DNA of 64,000 bases from an uncultured delta proteobacterium (lineage in GTDB: Bacteria; Myxococcota_A; Polyangia; Polyangiales; Polyangiaceae), in NCBI GenBank assembly GCA_963782055.1, contig CAWAIF010000003.1, positions 1,120,001 through 1,184,000 on the forward strand. The letters are read 5' to 3'. The notes beneath the pieces are model-generated. The model was not told the DNA's origin. It worked only from the letters and a program-made list of their open reading frames with translations, and made no database searches. Numbering within the stretch: the first letter of the stretch is position 1; each line of letters starts with the position of its first letter. Both the position numbers and the translations under genes were made by a program. Of the stretch, positions 1 to 9,760 are shown in pieces.

Positions 1-1
1 C

Positions 2-832
2 AGCCTCTTCGACTTCGACGCCACGTTGCCGCCCGACGAGGCCGATCGCGTCCTGGCGCTGCCGGCCGACCTGCGCCCCATCCCCGCCGCCTCCGCGCTG
101 GAGAGCACCTCCGGGCACGGCACGTACCTGCTCGTCGTGCGGACCCGCGGCGGCCCGCGCACCGATCAGGCGCGCGCCGCCGTGCACGCGATCCGCCAGG
201 ACCGCGTGGTGGCCGACGGCTCGCTCGTCGTGGGCGGCCTGACCGCCATCGACGTCGACATGAACGCCTTCTTCCGCGCGCACACCCCGGCGGCGGTCGG
301 CTTCGTCGCCTTGCTGACCTACGTCATCCTCTTCTTCGTCTTCCGCTCGGTGGTGCTGCCGCTGAAGGCGGTGCTGAGCAACCTGCTCTCCATCTCCGCC
401 TCCTTCGGCGCGCTCGTCTGGATCTTCCAGGAGGGGCACCTCTCCGGCCTGCTCGCCTTCGAGCCGGGGCCCATCGAGCCCACCCTGCCGGTGCTCCTCT
501 TCTGCGTCGTCTTCGGCCTCTCCATGGACTACGAGGTCCTCCTCCTCAGCCGGATGCGCGAGGAGTGGCTCGCCCACGGCGACAACACGCGCGCCGTCAC
601 CGAGGGCCTCGCGCGGAGCGGCAGCCTCATCACGAGCGCCGCGGCCATCATGGTGCTCGTGTTCGCGGCGTTCTCGCTGGCCACCGTCATCATGGTCAAG
701 GCGATGGGCGTGGCCATGGCGATCGCCATCGCGCTGGACGCCACGCTGGTGCGCACGCTGCTCGTGCCCGCCACGATGCGGCTGTTCGGCCGCCTCAACT
801 GGTGGGCGCCGTTCGGGCTGGGAAAGCGATAG
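2..832 (+). CDS. MMPL/RND-family lipid transporter, C-terminal part (5' end outside window)
   Basis: Frame is open from the window edge; MMPL motifs 'FRSVVLPLKAV', 'FGLSMDYEVLLLSRMREE', 'ITSAAAIM', 'LDATLVRTLLVPATMRLFGRLNWWAP'. Confidence 0.93.
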   Translation, partial: SLFDFDATLPPDEADRVLALPADLRPIPAASALESTSGHGTYLLVVRTRGGPRTDQARAAVHAIRQDRVVADGSLVVGGLTAIDVDMNAFFRAHTPAAVGFVALLTYVILFFVFRSVVLPLKAVLSNLLSISASFGALVWIFQEGHLSGLLAFEPGPIEPTLPVLLFCVVFGLSMDYEVLLLSRMREEWLAHGDNTRAVTEGLARSGSLITSAAAIMVLVFAAFSLATVIMVKAMGVAMAIAIALDATLVRTLLVPATMRLFGRLNWWAPFGLGKR

Positions 833-845
833 GATCACCGGCGGG

Positions 846-1670
846 ATGGGGATGAAGACGGTCCGGCTGGCCGATGGAACGGAGATCTTCTGCCTGACGC
901 GGCCGGAGTCACGCGCCCTCGACGCGCACATCGAGGGGTACTTCCGCCACGGGATCGACGTGCGCCCGGGCGACGTCGTCTTCGACGTGGGCGCCAACAT
1001 CGGCCTGCTCGGCGTGCGCATCGCGCAGCGCACCGGCGGCCGCGCGCAGGTCGTCGCCTTCGAGCCGGTGCCCGCCATCCGCGCCGTCCTGGAGGCGAAC
1101 GTCGGGCGTCACGGCCGGGGCGGCGTCCGCGTGATGTCCTGCGCGCTCGCGGAGAAGCCGGGGGAGATGGAGATCGCCTACTACCCGCGCAGCCCCGGGC
1201 TCTCGACCGGTCACCCGGAGATCTGGGACGCGGAGCGCGATCGCCTGACCGACGCGGTGCTGGGCGGCGCGCGGACCGGTCCGTCGGGGGCGTGGGGCCG
1301 GCTCATGCCGCGCGCGGCGGCGCGGTGGATCGCCGGCTTCCTGCGTGGTCGCGTCGAGCGCACGCGCTGCCCGGTGCGCACCGTGCCCGACGTGCGGCGC
1401 GAGCTCGGGCTGGAGCGCATCGACGTCCTGAAGATCGACGTGGAGGGCGCGGAGCTCGACGTGCTCCGCGGTCTGGGTGACGACCCCGACGAGTGGCGGC
1501 GCGTCGGCGCGCTGGTCATCGAGGTGCACGACATCGACGGCCGACTGGAGGAGGTCCGCGCGCTCCTCGCGCGGCACGGCTTCGACCACGTCGTCGTGGA
1601 GGCGGAGGCGGGCTTCGAGAGCACCGTGCTGCGGAACGTCTACGCGACGCGCGGCGAAGCGCGGGCGTGA
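846..1670 (+). CDS. FkbM-family SAM-dependent methyltransferase
   Basis: 'VVFDVGANIG', 'AFEPVP', 'IDVLKIDVEGAELDVLRG', 'VIEVH'. Confidence 0.92.
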   Translation: MGMKTVRLADGTEIFCLTRPESRALDAHIEGYFRHGIDVRPGDVVFDVGANIGLLGVRIAQRTGGRAQVVAFEPVPAIRAVLEANVGRHGRGGVRVMSCALAEKPGEMEIAYYPRSPGLSTGHPEIWDAERDRLTDAVLGGARTGPSGAWGRLMPRAAARWIAGFLRGRVERTRCPVRTVPDVRRELGLERIDVLKIDVEGAELDVLRGLGDDPDEWRRVGALVIEVHDIDGRLEEVRALLARHGFDHVVVEAEAGFESTVLRNVYATRGEARA

Positions 1671-1805
1671 CCGAGCTCTCGCACGCCGATCTCGACGTCG
1701 CCTGCAGCGCGCGCCCGTGTCGAGGGAGGTGCCGCGCGCGCTGGACAGGGAAGAAGCGTCCGCCGGCGGCCACCCTCTCGCGGCGGCGGCTCGCGGTCGC
1801 GCGCG

Positions 1806-2579
1806 CTACCGGTAGCGGACAGGGGCCGGGGCCGGGGCCGGGGCGGGGGCCGGGGTCGTGTACTGGTCCGAGCTGCCGAAGAGGATACCCACGCCGAGCT
1901 GGAAGATCAGCCCGCCGAAGGCGCTGGAGCCCGTGTCGTTGACGCTGGTGTTCACCGGCACGCCGACCGACGCCTCCGGCAGGATGCGGACGGAGTCGCT
2001 GGCGCGGAACGCGACCCCGAAGGACCCGCCCAGGTAGAGCAGGTTGGCGGTGGAGGTCGTCGAGCCGGCGGAGTCGGTGAAGCTGCCGAACAGCACCTGA
2101 TCGATGAGGCGCGGGCCGATGACGATCTCGTGACCGCCCACGTCGATACCCATCAGGACCGGCAGGTAGAAGCTGAGCGTGCCGACGAAGCCACCGCCGC
2201 CGCCGGTGCTCCCGCTGGACGCCCCGAAGCCGACGAAGCCGACGCCGGGGTTGAGCGAGAGGTTGAAGCCGCTCTCCATGGTGGGAGAGCGGAGCAGGCC
2301 GAACTTGCCCTCCAGCGCGACGCCGTTGAACCCGAGCCGGCCACCCAGCTCGACGCGATCGGTCACGCCGTAGCGCACGCCGCCTTCCAGCAGCGGATAT
2401 CCGATGCCGCTGCCCGAGGTGCTCGTGTTGTTGATCGCGACCACGCCGCCGCCCTCTGGCGCGACCCAGCCCTGCACCGCGCCCTGGTTGAGCGTGCGCG
2501 CCAGCCCGAACGTGGAGAGCGATGCGCATCCCGTCAGCGGCGCAGCGAGCACGATCAGGCCAAGCAATGCCTTCGTCAT
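1806..2579 (-). CDS. Hypothetical lipoprotein, probable outer-membrane beta-barrel with Pro/Ala tail
   Basis: Start MTKALLGLIVLAAPLTGC (lipobox-like); alternating amphipathic Gly/aromatic beta-strands; C-terminal PAPAPA. Confidence 0.7.
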   Translation of the reverse strand: MTKALLGLIVLAAPLTGCASLSTFGLARTLNQGAVQGWVAPEGGGVVAINNTSTSGSGIGYPLLEGGVRYGVTDRVELGGRLGFNGVALEGKFGLLRSPTMESGFNLSLNPGVGFVGFGASSGSTGGGGGFVGTLSFYLPVLMGIDVGGHEIVIGPRLIDQVLFGSFTDSAGSTTSTANLLYLGGSFGVAFRASDSVRILPEASVGVPVNTSVNDTGSSAFGGLIFQLGVGILFGSSDQYTTPAPAPAPAPAPVRYR

Positions 2580-2733
2580 GGTGGAAGCCTCCCGGGGCAT
2601 CGTCGGGCCTGCGCCGCCGGAACGCAAGTTTGGCGCGCGAGAGTGATCGTCGCGAACGGCGCGCAACGCACCGGCCACGAACGAAGCCTTGCGCGTGCCG
2701 CGCGCAGGACGCACCAAACACGACGGAGAATGC

Positions 2734-4041
2734 ATGGCGAGCCGCGCACCGGACAAGATGGGCTTCAACGCCACGTGGTCGATGGCCGTCGGCGGCATGG
2801 TCGGCGGCGGCATCTTCTCCGTCCTCGGCGTGGTGGTCCACGTCGCCGGCCCGCTCGCGTGGCTCAGCTTCGTCTTCGCGGGGGTGATCGCGCTCATCAC
2901 CGGCTTCAGCTACGTGCATCTCACCGCGCGCTACGAGGAGAGCGGCGGCGCGTTCACCTACCTGCGGCGGACGGGTCACCCCGCGTTCGCCGGCATCCTC
3001 GCGTGGGTCCTCATCCTCGGCTACGTGCTCACGCTCTCCGTCTACGCCTTCACCTTCGGCCACTACCTGGCCGAGGCATTCGGGCTGGGCGGCCTCTTCG
3101 CGCGCGGCGCGGCGCTGGCGATCGTCCTCGGTCTGGTGGGCGTCAACCTCCTCGGCATCAGCGAGTCGGCCGGCTTCGAGATCGTCGCCGTCTGGGCGAA
3201 GCTCGCCGTGCTCGCGGCGCTCGCCGGGGCGGGCCTGTGGCTCTGGCACCCCGAGCGTCTCTCCACCGGTGTCCCGCCGGGGAGCCTCCACGGCGCGCTC
3301 ATCGGCGCCGCGACGATCTTCATGGGCTACGAGGGTTTCCAGCTCCTGGCGTACGACTACCACGTCATCCACCAGCCGAGGCGGACGCTGCTCCGCGCGG
3401 TGCCGCTGGCCATCGTCGTCGTCATCGGTGTCTACGTGGCGGTGGCGCTCGGCACGGCGTCGCTCGTGGGGGCGGACACCATCGTGCGCAACAAGGACGT
3501 CTCGCTGGCCATCGCGGGGAGGGCGTTGCTCGGGCAGCCGGGCGTGTGGGCGGTCTCTGCGGCCGCGGCCTTCTCCACCGGGTCGGCGATCAACGCCACG
3601 CTCTTCGCCACCGCGCGGCTGGTGAAGACGGTGGCGGCGGAGGGAGAGCTGCCCGCCCAGGCCGCGCGCCTGAACCGGAGGGACGTGCCGGACCGCGCGG
3701 TCCTCGCGCTGGGCGGCGCGGGCGCGGTGCTGGCGATGGTCGGCTCGCTGGCCGAGCTCGTCTCCGCCGCCAGCCTGACGTTCCTCTTCACCTTCGCCAT
3801 CGTCAACGCCGTGGCCTTCCGTGAGCTCGCCGCTCGCGCGTGGAAGGTGTCGGCGGCGTGCGGCACCTTGCTGGCGGGCGCCGCGGCGCTGGTGCTCATG
3901 TGGCGTCTGGCGGTGACCAACCCGCTCTCGTTGGGACTGCTGGGCGGGATGGTGGTGGTGACGCTCGTCGGCCGCCCGATCGTCGTGCGGCGTTCCCGGT
4001 CGACCCGCCCCCCGTCGGGCGGTCCTCCATCGCCTGGTTGA
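2734..4041 (+). CDS. APC-family amino acid permease
   Basis: 'MAVGGMVGGGIFS', 'SGGAFTY', 'FMGYEGF', about 12 hydrophobic segments. Confidence 0.92.
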   Translation: MASRAPDKMGFNATWSMAVGGMVGGGIFSVLGVVVHVAGPLAWLSFVFAGVIALITGFSYVHLTARYEESGGAFTYLRRTGHPAFAGILAWVLILGYVLTLSVYAFTFGHYLAEAFGLGGLFARGAALAIVLGLVGVNLLGISESAGFEIVAVWAKLAVLAALAGAGLWLWHPERLSTGVPPGSLHGALIGAATIFMGYEGFQLLAYDYHVIHQPRRTLLRAVPLAIVVVIGVYVAVALGTASLVGADTIVRNKDVSLAIAGRALLGQPGVWAVSAAAAFSTGSAINATLFATARLVKTVAAEGELPAQAARLNRRDVPDRAVLALGGAGAVLAMVGSLAELVSAASLTFLFTFAIVNAVAFRELAARAWKVSAACGTLLAGAAALVLMWRLAVTNPLSLGLLGGMVVVTLVGRPIVVRRSRSTRPPSGGPPSPG

Positions 4042-4101
4042 TGCGCGACGCGCCTGCACGTGGCGGCGGCCGGGGGCTACCCCGCGCGCGGCCCCGGCAG
4101 C

Positions 4102-4305
4102 TCAGCGGCGTCGCGCTCCGGGCGGGGGAGCGTTGGTGTCCACCGGCAAGCAGCTGCTGTTGCAGCGCGGGTCGTTCCCGCACGCCTCGGCGCAGGGGAC
4201 GGTCGAGTGGAAGGGGGCGAACTTGTCCTTCGTGCCGGCCGACTTGGACTCCGCGCGGTTGCCGCCGCACGCGACGAGGAGCAGCATCATCAGCGCGTAG
4301 CGCAT
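4102..4305 (-). CDS. Small Cys-containing lipoprotein (67 aa)
   Basis: MRYALMMLLLVAC lipobox followed by C-x3-C...C-x3-C; lies directly downstream of the SRPBCC gene. Confidence 0.55.
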   Translation of the reverse strand: MRYALMMLLLVACGGNRAESKSAGTKDKFAPFHSTVPCAEACGNDPRCNSSCLPVDTNAPPPGARRR

Positions 4306-4322
4306 CGCGGGGGGATGGTAGC

Positions 4323-4763
4323 TCACGCCGCGGAGGAGAGCACCTCGGTGATGCGCTCGGCGACCTTGCCCCGCCACCCCCGCGCCAGGCCCTCGAAGGC
4401 GAAGGCGTGGGCGGGCAGGAAGCCGGCGTGGTCGAGCACCAGGTGCGTGCCGCCGGCGGCGCCGGGCGCGAGCGTCCAGGTGACGGTGGTGTCGATGCGC
4501 GACGACGCGGGGCCGCCTCGCCACGAGTAGCTCAGGCGCTCCGGCTCCTGTACCTCGAGCACCTCGCAGTCGACGGTGCCGTCCCAGTCCTGCATCGGCG
4601 GCGCGCGGAAGGTGAAGCGGTGCCCGACGACGGGGCGGAAGTCGTTCTTCATCAGCCACGCGCCGAGGAGGGCGGGGTCGGTGAGCGCGCGCCACACCTT
4701 CGCCGGGGGGTGGGGGAGATCGTACTCGACGTGGATGGTCTTCGCGTCTGGTTGCGTGGTCAT
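4323..4763 (-). CDS. SRPBCC (AHSA1/START-like) domain protein
   Basis: 'PPAKVWRALTDPALLGAWLM', 'CEVLEVQEPERLSYSW', 'GTHLVLDHAGF', 'GW'; overlaps the ArsR stop by 4 bp. Confidence 0.92.
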   Translation of the reverse strand: MTTQPDAKTIHVEYDLPHPPAKVWRALTDPALLGAWLMKNDFRPVVGHRFTFRAPPMQDWDGTVDCEVLEVQEPERLSYSWRGGPASSRIDTTVTWTLAPGAAGGTHLVLDHAGFLPAHAFAFEGLARGWRGKVAERITEVLSSAA

Positions 4764-5077
4764 TCCCTCATCTCCTCCAGCAGGGAGGCGAGGCTCGCCA
4801 TGTGGCGGAGCCAGAACGCCTCGTAGTGGGCTACCCAGTCGACGAGCGGGCGCAGGCCCGCCGGGCGAGCGCGGTAGTAGACGTGCCGCCCCTCCCGCCG
4901 CAGCGACACCAGCCCGGCCTCGCGCAGGGCGGCCAGGTGCTGCGAGACCGCCGGCTGCGAGACGGAGAAGCGGGCCGTCAGGTCCTTCACCGGCGCCTCG
5001 CCACGGGCGAGCCGCGCGAGGATCGCCCGGCGGGTGGGATCGGCGAGCGCACGAAAGACGGCATCTTCGCGGTGCAC
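4760..5077 (-). CDS. ArsR/SmtB-family transcriptional regulator
   Basis: 'VFRALADPTRRAILARL', 'SQPAVSQHLAALREAGLV', 'EGRHVYY'. Confidence 0.95.
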   Translation of the reverse strand: MHREDAVFRALADPTRRAILARLARGEAPVKDLTARFSVSQPAVSQHLAALREAGLVSLRREGRHVYYRARPAGLRPLVDWVAHYEAFWLRHMASLASLLEEMRE

Positions 5078-5081
5078 CCGG

Positions 5082-5112
5082 ATTACATAAGTGATGGCTT
5101 ATGTAATGTCAA
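5082..5112 (-). promoter_or_regulatory. Probable ArsR operator overlapping a sigma70-type promoter
   Basis: Perfect 10-6-10 inverted repeat ATTACATAAG-TGATGG-CTTATGTAAT (5082-5107); TTGACA on the minus strand at 5112-5107; AT-rich island just upstream of the GTG start. Confidence 0.75.
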
Positions 5113-5175
5113 GACCTGCGTCTCTCCGGGGCCCTCCCCCCCGTCGACCTGGGGGTTCGTAGTACGCTGGCCTTC

Positions 5176-6225
5176 ATGCCTCGCGCCGCGCTCCGGATGC
5201 TCGCGTGCCTCGCGGCGGTCGTGCTCGCCCTCGCCGCCGGATGCTCCGCCGACTCCGGGCCGCCGCCCCCGCCCTACGCGAGCGCGTACCACAAGCCGCT
5301 GGTGCTGCCGAACACCGGGGCCGACACCGCCGACCCGCACTGCATCCTGTTCCAGGGCACCTGGTACCTCTACGCCACCAGCTCGCAGAAGAACCTGGAG
5401 GTGTGGACGAGCACCGACCTGCTCACGTGGAGCTACGGCGGCGTCGTGTGGCAGCCCACGCCGGGTACGTGGAACAATCTCTCCTCGACGGGGGTGTACG
5501 GGGCCTGGGCGCCCAGCGTGCACCAGGGCGACGACGGCGCCTTCTACCTCTACTACACGGCTGCGCTGCGCGTGGGCGTGGCCCGCGCCGCCACGCCGCT
5601 CGGGCCCTTCGCGGAGGTGCTCGACCACCCGCTGCTCGGCGACGGCCACGGCGGCGTGGGCGACGGCGTGCTCGTCGGGACCGGCCGCGTGGACCTGCCC
5701 AACGACTTCCAGGAGTTCGCCATCGACCCCTTCGTGCTGCGCACGTCCACCGGCGCGCGCTACCTCTACGCGGCGATCTACACCCCCATCAGCGTCATCG
5801 CCGCGTGGCCCATGACCGACATGAGCACCCTCGCGGCGAGCACGCCGACGATCGTCGGGACGCCCAACTCCTCGTGGGAGGGGGGCGTGATGGAGGGGCC
5901 GTTCGTCGTCGAGGAGGGCGGCAAGTTCCTGCTGACCTACTCCGGCAACCGCTACACGAGCGTCAGCTACGGGCTGGGCGTGGCGGTGGCGGACGACCCG
6001 CTCGGCCCCTTCACCAAGGACGACAACAACCCCTTCTTCGCGACGATGGACGCGCGCGGCATCTGGGGGCCGGGCCACCACAGCTTCGTCGATGGCGGGC
6101 ACGGCAACACGCTCATCTTCTATCACTCCAAGGCGAGCCCCGACCCGGGCGCCAACCGACAAATCCGCTTCGGACCGGTGACCTTCGGCGGGGCGGCCCC
6201 GGTGACCGTGCAGTTTCCGGGGTGA
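5176..6225 (+). CDS. Glycoside hydrolase family 43 lipoprotein
   Basis: Lipobox LAAGC; 'ADPHCI', 'WAPSV', 'AIDPFV', 'MEGPFV', 'GPGHHS' five-blade propeller motifs. Confidence 0.9.
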   Translation: MPRAALRMLACLAAVVLALAAGCSADSGPPPPPYASAYHKPLVLPNTGADTADPHCILFQGTWYLYATSSQKNLEVWTSTDLLTWSYGGVVWQPTPGTWNNLSSTGVYGAWAPSVHQGDDGAFYLYYTAALRVGVARAATPLGPFAEVLDHPLLGDGHGGVGDGVLVGTGRVDLPNDFQEFAIDPFVLRTSTGARYLYAAIYTPISVIAAWPMTDMSTLAASTPTIVGTPNSSWEGGVMEGPFVVEEGGKFLLTYSGNRYTSVSYGLGVAVADDPLGPFTKDDNNPFFATMDARGIWGPGHHSFVDGGHGNTLIFYHSKASPDPGANRQIRFGPVTFGGAAPVTVQFPG

Positions 6226-6238
6226 GCGGTCGCGGGCG

Positions 6239-6622
6239 CTACGCGTGCTTGTGGTACGGGGCCTCCCGCTTCTCCAGGGCCTCCAGCTCCTCCGGCGTCA
6301 GGACGATCGCGTCGTGGAACTCCACCGCGACCTGGTGCGTCCACAGCGAGATGCGCTCGTCGGGGAGCGGCTCGATGCGCAGCGTCTTGCCGGTGGCCAC
6401 GCGCGGTGTCTGGGCGTCGATGGTGACGTAGAGCTCCAGCCGCAGCTCGTCGCCCACCGCCCAGTCCGGCTTTCGAAGGAGCAGCAGCGCGCCGCCCTCC
6501 GAGAGATCGGCGATGAGGGCGGTGACCCGCGCGTCCGCGCCTCTGTCCACGTAGCTGGGGAAGCACGCCACCCGCCGCGGGGCCCGCCGGCGGTCGGAGC
6601 TGGGAGGAGCCTCGTCGACCAT
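6239..6622 (-). CDS. PilZ-domain protein
   Basis: RxxxR ('RRRAPR') and D-x-S-x-x-G ('DLSEGG') c-di-GMP motifs. Confidence 0.82.
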   Translation of the reverse strand: MVDEAPPSSDRRRAPRRVACFPSYVDRGADARVTALIADLSEGGALLLLRKPDWAVGDELRLELYVTIDAQTPRVATGKTLRIEPLPDERISLWTHQVAVEFHDAIVLTPEELEALEKREAPYHKHA

Positions 6623-6825
6623 GACTGGAGAGTACCCAGAAAGGTCGGTGTCGTCTCCCGCCACGGCGCGCCCTCTCCCGAGGACGATGACGTCCGAAAA
6701 CCGCGAGCCGCGGGCCGCGTAGCATGGCGCGAAGGCGAGCCGCGCCTTCGCGAGTCTCTGCTGGCCCCGGCGAGCGCGCCCACCGCTTGCGCCCGCGCGC
6801 GGCACGTCGCACCATCTCGGTCGGC

Positions 6826-7848
6826 GTGAGCGCATCGCTTCGTCACCTCGACAGCTACCAGCCGGTCCTCGCCGCGCTCCGTCGTGAAGGCGTGGACCCC
6901 GAAGGGCTGCTGCGCGAGCTCGGCGTGGACCCCGTGGCGCCGGTGACGCGCTCGCCGCGGCCGACGTCGCACATCGGCGTCGCGCTTCTGGAGCGCGCCG
7001 TGGCGCTGCGCGGGGAGGGCTTCGGCGCGCGCGCCGCCGCCACGCTCCGGCTGGATGCGCTCGGCGTCCTCGGTCTGGCGTGTCTCTCCGCGCCGACGGT
7101 GGGCGAAGCGCTCGAGCGCGCCCTGCGCTACCGCAGGCTCGTCTTCGACGCCGACGACTACGCCCTGGAGATCGAGGAGGGCTCCGCGACGCTCGTTCGC
7201 CGCCCGGTCCCCGCGGCGCTCGCGCGGACGCTCCCGCGCGGGGCGCGGGCGCTCGTCGAGCTGGGGCTGATCGAGCACCTCGTGGCCCTGCGCGAGATCG
7301 CGGGCGGACGCCTCGGCCCGCGGGTGGAGCTCCGCTTCGCGCACGCCGCCCCGCCGGACGGCGGCGCGGAGCTGCGCAGGGTCGCCGCGGCGCGCGCGCG
7401 CTTTGCGACATCGCGTCACGAGCTCCGCCTGCCGCGCTCCCTGCTCGCCCGCCCGACGCGTCACGGGCACCCGGCGATGGCAGCCTTCTTCGCCGACCTC
7501 GCGCGCGACCGACTCGCCGCGTCGGCAACCGCCGGCTCGGCGGCGTCATGCGTGCGTGCCTTTCTGGCGCGCGAGCTGCGCGGCGGGGCCCCCACGGCTC
7601 GCGCCGCCGCGCGCGCGCTCGGGACGAGCGACCGGACGCTCACGCGGCGCCTCGCGGCGGAGGGGACGACCTTCCCCGCGCTGCTCGACGAGGTGCGACG
7701 TGAGGCTGCGCTCGCCCTCCTTCGCCGCCAGGACGTGACACTCGCCGAGATCGCTTTCCTCCTCGGCTTCTCCGAGCCACGCGCCTTTCACCGCGCCTTC
7801 CGCCGGTGGACGGGTCGCACCCCGGGGCAGGTCCGCGCCGCGGGCTGA
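6826..7848 (+). CDS. AraC-family transcriptional regulator (start uncertain; ORF open from 6724)
   Basis: C-terminal 'ALGTSDRTLTRRLAAEGTTF', 'EIAFLLGFSEPRAFHRAFRRWTG'; N-terminal 'LGVLGLACLSAPTVGEAL'. Confidence 0.9.
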   Translation: MSASLRHLDSYQPVLAALRREGVDPEGLLRELGVDPVAPVTRSPRPTSHIGVALLERAVALRGEGFGARAAATLRLDALGVLGLACLSAPTVGEALERALRYRRLVFDADDYALEIEEGSATLVRRPVPAALARTLPRGARALVELGLIEHLVALREIAGGRLGPRVELRFAHAAPPDGGAELRRVAAARARFATSRHELRLPRSLLARPTRHGHPAMAAFFADLARDRLAASATAGSAASCVRAFLARELRGGAPTARAAARALGTSDRTLTRRLAAEGTTFPALLDEVRREAALALLRRQDVTLAEIAFLLGFSEPRAFHRAFRRWTGRTPGQVRAAG

Positions 7849-7854
7849 GCCCGG

Positions 7855-8616
7855 CTACCGAAGCGCGCAGGCGACCAGGAAGGTGGCGGAGCCCAGGACT
7901 GCGTAGTAGGCGCCGCGCGCCGGAGGCGACACCGCGGACGGTGCCTGCATCGACGGCTCCATCCAGAGGACGTTCGCGACGTTCCGCGCGAGGTGCGTCG
8001 CGGTGGCCACCCACACCGAGCCGGTGACCACGTAGATGCCGCCGAGCGCCACCCCGCCTCCCAGCCAGTTGACGAGCGACCACCGATCGGTGCGCGACGT
8101 GGGCACGTGGACCAGCGTGAAGACGGCGGCCGATGCGAGCAGGGCGATCGCGATCCCGTGGGGTCGCAGCCACGCGAAGGCGAAGGCGCGGAAGAGGAGC
8201 TCCTCCATCCACGCACCGCACGTCAGGCATGCGAGCAGCGCAACGCGCGTCTCTGCGCCGGGCACGACGAGCGACGGGCGGGCGCTGCCGCCGCTCCACC
8301 GCGCGAAGCCCGCGGCGAGGGCGAAGGTGAGGCCCGAGGCGGCCACGCAGATGACGAGGTCTCGCGGGAGCAGCCTCGTACCGAGAGAGGCGAGGGGACG
8401 CCCCGCGAGCGCGGTGTGCTCCAGCACCACCACCACGCCAATCGCGAAGTTCGCGGCGGCGGCGACCGCGAGCGACGTGGCGTCCGGTTCGCGCGCCGCG
8501 CGGCGCTTCAGGCGAGATCCGCGACGCCGCAGGACGAGCCCGGCGAGCGAGGCGAAGATCGCGTAGGTGAGCAGGCCAAGCGTGAGAAAGAAGATGCTCG
8601 CCGGCGTCGTCATCAT
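7855..8616 (-). CDS. CPBP (CAAX protease/Abi) intramembrane glutamic endopeptidase
   Basis: 'EELLFR', 'FTLVH', 'H-x3-N' motifs; multiple transmembrane segments. Confidence 0.85.
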   Translation of the reverse strand: MMTTPASIFFLTLGLLTYAIFASLAGLVLRRRGSRLKRRAAREPDATSLAVAAAANFAIGVVVVLEHTALAGRPLASLGTRLLPRDLVICVAASGLTFALAAGFARWSGGSARPSLVVPGAETRVALLACLTCGAWMEELLFRAFAFAWLRPHGIAIALLASAAVFTLVHVPTSRTDRWSLVNWLGGGVALGGIYVVTGSVWVATATHLARNVANVLWMEPSMQAPSAVSPPARGAYYAVLGSATFLVACALR

Positions 8617-8814
8617 GGTCGTCTCGATCTACGTCTCCCTCGATGTCCACGCCGTGACCCGCGCCGCCAGAAGAGGGACCCGCGCCGCCACCGACGAGGT
8701 CCCCGGTCTCGTGCAATCACTGCATGCGACTTCGCGCCGGTTGTCCCTCGCGCTGGGCGCATAGGGACTTACCTTTCGGGGAGCGCGGCCCAAGCTGGCC
8801 GCCGAGGAGGCGCG

Positions 8815-9741
8815 ATGTGGCCCGACATCCCCTATGAGCCCTGGCGTCCCACGTGCGAGGCGCTGCACCTGTACACGCAGATCGTCGGCAAGTACCGGCT
8901 CGCGCGCACGCCGTGGGTGAACCACTCGTGGCACGCCACGCTCTACGTCGACGGGCGCGGACTCACCACGTCCCTCGTCCCCGACGGCGCGGGCGGCATC
9001 GAGATCGTCTTCGATCTCGTCCGTCACGAGCTGCTGGGCTTCGCCACCGACGGACGCAGGGCCGGGTTCCGGCTGAGGCCGATGTCGGTCGCCGCCTTCC
9101 ACTCCGCCTTCTGCGGCGTCCTCCGCGAGCTGGGCGGCACGCCCGAGTTCCACGATCACCCGAGCGAGCTGCCCGACCCGGTGCGCTTCGTCGACGATCG
9201 CGCCGAGCGTCCGTACGACGCCGCCGCGGTCACACGCTTCTTCGAGGCGCTGGTCGGCGCGCACAACGTGCTCTCGCGCTTCCGCACCTCCTTCCTGGGC
9301 AAGGCGAGCCCGGTGCACCTCTTCTGGGGCAGCTTCGACCTCGTCCTCACGCGCTTCTCCGGCAAGCGCGCGCCGCTGCACCCGGGCGGCGTGACCGGCC
9401 TGCCCGACGACGTGGTGCGCGAGGCCTACAGCCACGAGGTCTCCTCGTGCGGCTTCTGGCCGGGCGATCGCAACTACCCTCGGCCGGCGTTCTACGCGTA
9501 CGCGTACCCCGAGCCGGAGGGTTACGCGCGCGCGCCCGTCGAGCCGTCCGCCGGCGCCTACGACGAGAAGATGCGCGAGTTCATCCTGCCGTACGAGGCG
9601 GCGCGCGCCTCGCGCGATCCGGAGGCGGTCGTCATGCGCTTCCTGGAGACGACGTACCGCGCCGCGGCCGACCTCGGCCGGTGGGACTGTCCGTCGCTGG
9701 AGTGTGAGCTGGGCGAGCCCCTCCGCCCGCGCCCGGTGTGA
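8815..9741 (+). CDS. DUF5996-like protein
   Basis: 'LHLYTQIVGK', 'NHSWH', 'SPVHLFWGSFDL', 'EAYSHEVSSCGFWPG'; GAGGAGG RBS upstream. Confidence 0.85.
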   Translation: MWPDIPYEPWRPTCEALHLYTQIVGKYRLARTPWVNHSWHATLYVDGRGLTTSLVPDGAGGIEIVFDLVRHELLGFATDGRRAGFRLRPMSVAAFHSAFCGVLRELGGTPEFHDHPSELPDPVRFVDDRAERPYDAAAVTRFFEALVGAHNVLSRFRTSFLGKASPVHLFWGSFDLVLTRFSGKRAPLHPGGVTGLPDDVVREAYSHEVSSCGFWPGDRNYPRPAFYAYAYPEPEGYARAPVEPSAGAYDEKMREFILPYEAARASRDPEAVVMRFLETTYRAAADLGRWDCPSLECELGEPLRPRPV

Positions 9742-9760
9742 GCGCTCTCGGCAGCGCGCG

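Noticed and set aside
1516..4059. Long Arg/Ala/Pro-rich shadow ORFs (this one and many similar, e.g. 32510-34861, 43440-45581)
   Set aside because: Antisense or off-frame artefacts of high GC overlapping well-supported genes
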